From Pseudomonadota bacterium (GTDB lineage: Bacteria > Desulfobacterota > Desulfovibrionia > Desulfovibrionales > Desulfovibrionaceae), in contig JAHJLB010000033.1 of assembly GCA_018822105.1 (NCBI GenBank), positions 23,377-87,376 on the forward strand: a DNA stretch of 64,000 nucleotides, written 5' to 3'. A model generated the notes under the pieces. It was not told the origin of the DNA and did no database searches. It saw only the letters and a list, made by a program, of their open reading frames with translations. Positions 55,756 through 64,000 of this stretch are shown one piece after another; position 1 is the first letter of the stretch, and the number at the start of each line of letters is the position of its first letter. Position numbers and translations under genes: made by a program.

Positions 55756-58700
55756 ACGCGCCGCCGAGGTCCTCGACGAGACCTGGTACAAGGACGCCGT
55801 GATCTACGAGGTCCACGTGCGCTCGTTTTTCGACTCGACCCAGAACGGCCACGGCGATTTTCCGGGGCTCAAAAGCAAGCTCGACTATCTGCAGGACCTG
55901 GGCGTGAACGCCCTCTGGCTGCTGCCGTTCTACCCCTCGCCCCTGCGCGACGACGGCTACGACATCGCCGACTACTGCGACATCCACAAGGACTACGGCA
56001 CACTGGCCGACTTCCGGGCGCTGCTGCGCGAGGCCCACAGCCGGGGCATCCGGGTCATCACCGAGCTGGTCCTGAACCACACCTCGGACCAGCACGCCTG
56101 GTTCCAGCGCGCGCGCCGGGCCAAGCCCGGCTCCCCGGAGCGCGACTTCTACGTCTGGAGCGACACCCCGGAAAAGTACGCGGGCACCAGGATCATCTTC
56201 AAGGACTTCGAGACCTCCAACTGGAGCTGGGATCCCGTGGCCGGCGCCTACTACTGGCACCGCTTCTACAACCACCAGCCGGACCTGAACTTCGAGAACC
56301 CCCAGGTGGAGGCCGAACTCCTGCGCGTGGTGGACTTCTGGCTGGCCATGGGCGTGGACGGCCTCCGGCTCGACGCCGTGCCCTACCTCTACGAGCGCGA
56401 GGACACCAACTGCGAGAACCTGCCCGAGACCATCGGCGCGCTGAAGAGGCTGCGCGCCCATGTGGACGCCAGGTTCCCTGGCCGCATGCTCCTGGCCGAG
56501 GCCAACCAGTGGCCCGAGGACGCGGCCCGCTACTTCGGCGAAGGCGACGCCTGCCACATGACCTTCCACTTTCCGCTCATGCCGCGCATGTTCGTGGCCC
56601 TGGAGATGGAGGACCGCTCGCCCATCGTGGACATCCTGGAGCAGACCCCGGAGATTCCGGAAGCCTGCCAGTGGGCCATCTTCCTGCGCAACCATGACGA
56701 GCTGACCCTGGAGATGGTCTCCGAGGAGGAGCGCGACTTCATGTACCAGGTCTACGCCCACGACCGCCGGGCGCGCATCAACCTGGGCATCCGCCGCCGC
56801 CTGGCCCCGCTGTTGCGCAACGACCGGCGCAAGATCGAGCTCATGAACGTGCTGCTCATGACCATGCCCGGCTCCCCGGTCATCTACTACGGCGACGAGA
56901 TAGGCATGGGCGACAACTACTACCTGGGCGACCGCAACGGCGTGCGCACGCCCATGCAGTGGAGCCCGGACCGCAACGCCGGGTTCTCGCGGGTCAATCC
57001 GCAGCAGCTCTACCTGCCCGCCGTCATCGACCCGGAATACCACTACCAGTCCGTCAACGTGGAGAACCAGCAGCGCAATCCCTCCTCGCTGCTCTGGTGG
57101 ATGAAGCAGCTCATCGCCCTGCGCAGGCGGCACAGGGCCCTGGGGCGCGGCGGCATGCGCTTTCTGCGCCAGGACTCGCCCAAGGTCATCTCCTACCTGC
57201 GCACCCTGGGCGAGGAATGCCTGCTGGTGGTGGCCAACCTCTCGCGCCACCCCCAGGCCACCCGCCTGGACCTCTCCACCCACGCCGGCCGCACCCCGGT
57301 GGAGGTCATGGGGCGCACGCGCTTCCCCGTCATCACCAGCGCGCCCTACCCGTTGACCATCGGGCCGCACGGCTACTACATCCTGGAGCTGCGCGTCCAA
57401 AGCCAGCCCCACGGGCCGGACCGGCCCTATCCGGTGCTGCGGCGCCAGGATTCCGGCGGCTGGCGCTTCCTGGACACCAGGCTCAAGACCACCCTCCAGG
57501 GCGTCATCCTGCCCGAATACCTGCGCCGCAGGGCCGAGGAGGCCGGCACCGGCCCGCAGATCATCTCCACCACCCTGCACGACGTCCTGCCCGTGGGCAC
57601 CGCGCGCGCGCCCTCCTGGATCGGCGTGCTGGAGGTCAAGTTCGCCGGCGGCGGCAGCGAAAGCCGGACCCTGCTGCTGTCCTTCGTGGATGCCGAGCAG
57701 GCCCGGCACATCGCCCGGGAGGAGCCCGGCCGGTACATCTGCACCCTGGGCAGGCCGCTGGACGAGGCCGGCGCGGCTCCCGCCCTGGCCACGGGCAAGG
57801 ACGAGCTGGAGGGCGCCCTGGTCGAAGGCGCCGAGGAGCGCCGGGCCCATGCCGGGCTGCTGCGGCTGTTCACCCAGCGCCGCCGCATCCGGGGACGCGA
57901 TGGCGAGTTCGTGGTGCTCCAGGGCCGGCTCGGCAAGAAGATCCGCATGCTCGTGGACCAGCAGCCGGAGTCCGAACTGGTGCCGGACGTCTCCGCCAAT
58001 GCGCTCATCGCCTATGGCCGCCAGGCGCTGCTGAAGATCTTCCGGCGCACCGCCGAGGGCGGCAACCCCGACCTCGAGGTGGTGCGCCACCTGACGGAGA
58101 CCGTCGGCTTCAAGCACACGCCGGAGTTTTTGGGCGCGCTCCAGTACCTGCGGCCCGGCCACGAGCCCGTGGTGGTGGCCATGCTGCGCGGGTATGTGCA
58201 GAGCGAGTCCACGGCCTGGGACATCTGCGCCACGGCCCTGGGCCTCTACTTCCACCGGGTGCTGGCCGAGGAGCAGGAGCTGCCGCCGCCCAGGCGCTCG
58301 GCCACGGCCCTGGCCACGGCCCCGGGAGCGGAGGACGCCCTGGACCTGGCGGAGGGCATGCCCGGCCACATCCTGCCCGACGAGCACAGCATCGCCGTCA
58401 TGGCCCGCATCGGCCAGCGCACGGCGCAGATGCATCTGGCCCTGGCCCAGGACTCCGAAGACCCGGCCTTCGCCCCGGAGCCCTTTGACAAGACCTACCG
58501 GCGCGCGGTCTACCAGGACGTTTTCGGCAAGACCCGGCGCATCCTGGACCGCCTGGAGCAGGCCCACCCGTCCCTGCCGCCCCAGGAGGCCCTGCTGGCG
58601 GAGCAGGTCCTGGCCCTGCGCGAAGGCCTTGCCGACAGGCTGCGGCGCTTCCGCGACACCCCGGTCCAGGGCCTCAAGACCAGGATCCACGGCGAGTACG

Positions 58701-59184
58701 ATCTGCGGCACCTCCTGTTCACCGGCCGCGACTTCATGATCGTGGACTTCGAGGGCCGCACCACGCGGTCGCTCTCGGCGCGCCGGCTCAAGCGCTCGCC
58801 CCTGCGCGACGTCTGCGACCTGCTGAGCGCTCTGGGCCATGTGGCCGAGGCCGGCCTGCGCGACCACTGCAGCATCCGTCCCGAGGACGAGCAGCGGCTG
58901 CGCCCCTGGGCCGAGCACTGGCACACGCGCATGGGCGGCCATTTCCTGCGCAGCTACCTGGAGGCCGCAGGACAGGCCGGGTTCCTGCCGCAAGACGGGG
59001 CCGATCTCGACCTGGTGCTGACGACCTTCCTCCTCGACCAGGCCTTCTTCGCCCTGGGGCGGGCCCTGGAGCACTGGCCCGGCGGCCCCGAGCCCGGCTG
59101 GGAGGCCTCGAACCTGTGCGGGCTTTTGCGCAACATGCTTTGGCTCTTGTCGCACCGGGGAGCCCAACCAGAGGAGGAGCGGAC

Positions 59185-59188
<4 letters not shown>
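55748..59188 (+). CDS. treS: Trehalose synthase fused to maltokinase (TreS-Mak/Pep2)
   Basis: ATG 55748 overlaps the mscS stop. WYKDAVIYEVHVRSF, GVDGLRLDAVPYL, FLRNHDELTLEM, then a ~550-aa kinase-like C-terminal half. The 1146-aa call excludes the spurious upstream part of the track ORF. Confidence 0.88.
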
Positions 59189-61536
<2,348 letters not shown>

Positions 61537-61721
61537 CCAACTGCGGCGCGCGCGCCCTCGGCGATCATCTGGCACACCTGTGAGCGGCTTACGCCCAGGG
61601 TGAAGGCCGCCTGGGTCATTGCGGACACAACGCGCCCGCCGGTGCCATTCCAAAAGAAAGGGGGCGTTCCTGGAGCCATGGGCAGGCCACAGGTTGGGAA
61701 TAGAATTGGCAACCAACTCGA

Positions 61722-61760
61722 ATACAAAGAAAAAGCGGTTAGGTCTGGCACCTAACCGCT
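61722..61760 (-). terminator. Intrinsic terminator of the tRNA operon
   Basis: AGCGGTTAGG / CCTAACCGCT 10-bp stem. On the minus strand it is followed by TTTTTCTTTGT. Confidence 0.75.
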
Positions 61761-61771
61761 TGATTTTGCTC

Positions 61772-61849
61772 TGGCGTCCCCAAGGGGATTTGAACCCCTG
61801 TTAACGGCGTGAAAGGCCGTCGTCCTGGACCAGGCTAGACGATGGGGAC
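61772..61849 (-). tRNA. tRNA-Glu (anticodon UUC), CCA encoded
   Basis: Reverse complement GTCCCCATCGTCTAGCCTGGTCCAGGACGACGGCCTTTCACGCCGTTAACAGGGGTTCAAATCCCCTTGGGGACGCCA folds as a cloverleaf. Near-identical to the E. coli tRNA-Glu layout. Confidence 0.95.
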
Positions 61850-61857
61850 TTTTTGAT

Positions 61858-61931
61858 TGGCTGGGGGACGAGGAATCGAACCTCGATTGGCGGAGCCAGA
61901 ACCCGCAGTATTGCCTTTATACGATCCCCCA
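61858..61931 (-). tRNA. tRNA-Gln (anticodon CUG), CCA encoded
   Basis: Reverse complement TGGGGGATCGTATAAAGGCAATACTGCGGGTTCTGGCTCCGCCAATCGAGGTTCGATTCCTCGTCCCCCAGCCA. Acceptor, D, anticodon (loop TTCTGGC) and T arms all pair. Confidence 0.93.
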
Positions 61932-61948
61932 GCACGTTGCGAGGAGCC

Positions 61949-61978
61949 CTGATACAGATTTCCGGGGTCGCTTGTCAA
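61949..61978 (-). promoter_or_regulatory. Sigma-70-type promoter for the tRNA-Gln/Glu operon
   Basis: Minus strand TTGACA (61978-61973), 18-nt spacer, TATCAG (61954-61949). About 17 nt upstream of the tRNA-Gln 5' end. Confidence 0.5.
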
Positions 61979-62006
61979 CCCCGAACTTCCGGCTCCGCGC
62001 GGAAAT

Positions 62007-62360
62007 CTACAGCGCGCGCGCCAGGCGGCGGGAGCGCTTCTTGAGCTTGTTGATCTTGCGGCGCAACTTGGTGCGCTCCTGGCGGGCCTCCACGGTGCCC
62101 TTCTGCACACGCATCTCGCGGATGGTCTTCTTGATGGTGAAGATCTGGTCCTTGTACGGCGACACGCCGCCCTCGCCGTCCACGATGCCGAAGACGTCCT
62201 TGACGGCCTTGACCAGGTCGTCCTTCTGCATGCCGCTGGCCCCGACGATGGAGGGGATCTTGGCCACGATCATCTGGCGCAGTTCCTTGGCGGTCATCTT
62301 GTCCAGGGACTTGGTGAGGCCCAGGCTCTCAAAGGTGATCTCGGTGACTTCCTGACTCAT
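62007..62360 (-). CDS. Small protein with a highly basic C-terminal tail, unknown function
   Basis: ATG 62360 (GGAGAA SD) overlaps the upstream stop (ATGA). MSQEVTEITFESLGLTKSLDKMTAKELRQMIV...RTKLRRKINKLKKRSRRLARAL. Confidence 0.7.
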   Translation of the reverse strand: MSQEVTEITFESLGLTKSLDKMTAKELRQMIVAKIPSIVGASGMQKDDLVKAVKDVFGIVDGEGGVSPYKDQIFTIKKTIREMRVQKGTVEARQERTKLRRKINKLKKRSRRLARAL

Positions 62361-62905
62361 TTTCTTCTCCTTGACGCCCGGTTTGGGCGAGTATTCGCAT
62401 TCTGATCGGCACTCGGTGCGGCGCTCGGCGCGGCGCCCTCGGTGAACCACTTGACATAGGCCAGGTAGCAGCGGCCCACGGGAGAATCCGGGTCCAGCTT
62501 GCCCACCAGGCCGCCGAGACTGGGAGGTCTCTTGAGCCTCTGCGGCGGAGCCTTGGGCCCCTCCTTTTGGCTTTCGCCCAAAGGAACTCTGCCACCTAGC
62601 AGCTCGAAGCGCACCTTGTCAAAGACTTCTTGCCCCAAAAATCCATTCACCCGGGACAGGATCTCCGGGACGAAATACGTGAGCTCCTGGGCGGCGATGG
62701 CATCCTGGGTGTGCAGGATGAGCGTGCCCTCCCTGTGCCCCAGGGGCTGGGCCAGCTCGGCCACCTCCGGCCCCACCACCTCGGCCCACGCCGGCCACAG
62801 GCGCACCAGGCGCAGGCCGCCCTTCTTGTCGAAGCGCGTGAGGGAGCGCAGCAGCGTCTCGCCGAACAGGCGGCGGTGGCGCGACTCCCGTCCGGGGTGC
62901 TGCAT
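62357..62905 (-). CDS. DUF721 (DciA-like) domain protein
   Basis: ATG 62905. ...LVRLWPAWAEVVGPEVAELAQPLGHREGTLILHTQDAIAAQELTYFVPEILSRVNGFLG. The rest of track ORF 62357..63994 is antisense to recA. Confidence 0.7.
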   Translation of the reverse strand: MQHPGRESRHRRLFGETLLRSLTRFDKKGGLRLVRLWPAWAEVVGPEVAELAQPLGHREGTLILHTQDAIAAQELTYFVPEILSRVNGFLGQEVFDKVRFELLGGRVPLGESQKEGPKAPPQRLKRPPSLGGLVGKLDPDSPVGRCYLAYVKWFTEGAAPSAAPSADQNANTRPNRASRRRK

Positions 62906-63124
62906 GCGGCGGCGCGCCCTCACGGGCGGCTCCGGCGGGGAAGATTGCGGCGTGCGCGCTCGTGCTGCATCCCCCCTTTCTATCCTCAAGCGGAAGCGGA
63001 CGCAAGGACCGCCGCGGCCGCGCCACCGTGCGCCGCCCCCCCCTTCTCGCCTGTTGCCGCCCGGCGCGTGATCTGATATCCAGCCTGATTCGCGTCCACC
63101 AAGCGACACACCGGAGGTTCCCCC

Positions 63125-64000
<876 letters not shown>

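Overview
This is a high-GC chromosomal segment, roughly two-thirds G+C by eye. Its gene content fits a sulfate-reducing Desulfovibrionaceae-type bacterium; that is an inference from the Ech hydrogenase, periplasmic CbiK, Tup tungstate transporter and several sigma-54 activators. All family calls come from reading the translations, with no database search. I call about 59 protein genes (two run off the window ends), 2 tRNAs, a cobalamin riboswitch with its own attenuator, one strong and one weak sigma-54 promoter, several intrinsic terminators, a 12-nt tandem repeat and three small gene remnants. Gene order: ppsA-like (partial); a membrane-anchored sigma-54 activator divergent from a sigma-54-driven 5-gene envelope operon (TauE/SafE plus lipoprotein plus small membrane proteins); echABCDEF; a BFD-like small ORF, YhcH and ChrA; a tup operon with two binding-protein paralogues; a dehydrogenase, a TylF methyltransferase and a TrmH-like gene; CheY, Hpt-STAS and a P1-less CheA; a B12 riboswitch followed by cbiK(periplasmic), ABC transporter and cbiL; a secreted caspase-FGE fusion; a cysteine synthase fused to a degenerate CysRS; Maf, PAP2, GT39 and BON genes; AT-rich islet 1 (orphan 184-aa ORF plus gene remnant); Gfo/Idh/MocA and lpxB; yccF; AT-rich islet 2 (ABC-ATPase + Toprim-like fusion); uraA and upp; a TPR protein; an Hpt / sigma-54 response regulator / histidine kinase / secreted FGE operon; MscS, TreS-Mak and OtsBA; tRNA-Gln and tRNA-Glu; DUF721 plus a small basic protein; recA (partial). 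The best candidates for something new are the islet-2 stand-alone ATPase-Toprim protein (OLD/PARIS-like, no partner gene), the CysK-pseudoCysRS fusion, the transmembrane sigma-54 activator with its uncharacterised envelope operon and flanking repeated motif, the split CheA with Hpt-STAS, and the two secreted FGE-domain proteins. Most of the long ORFs in the supplied track are high-GC shadow frames opposite real genes and were rejected.
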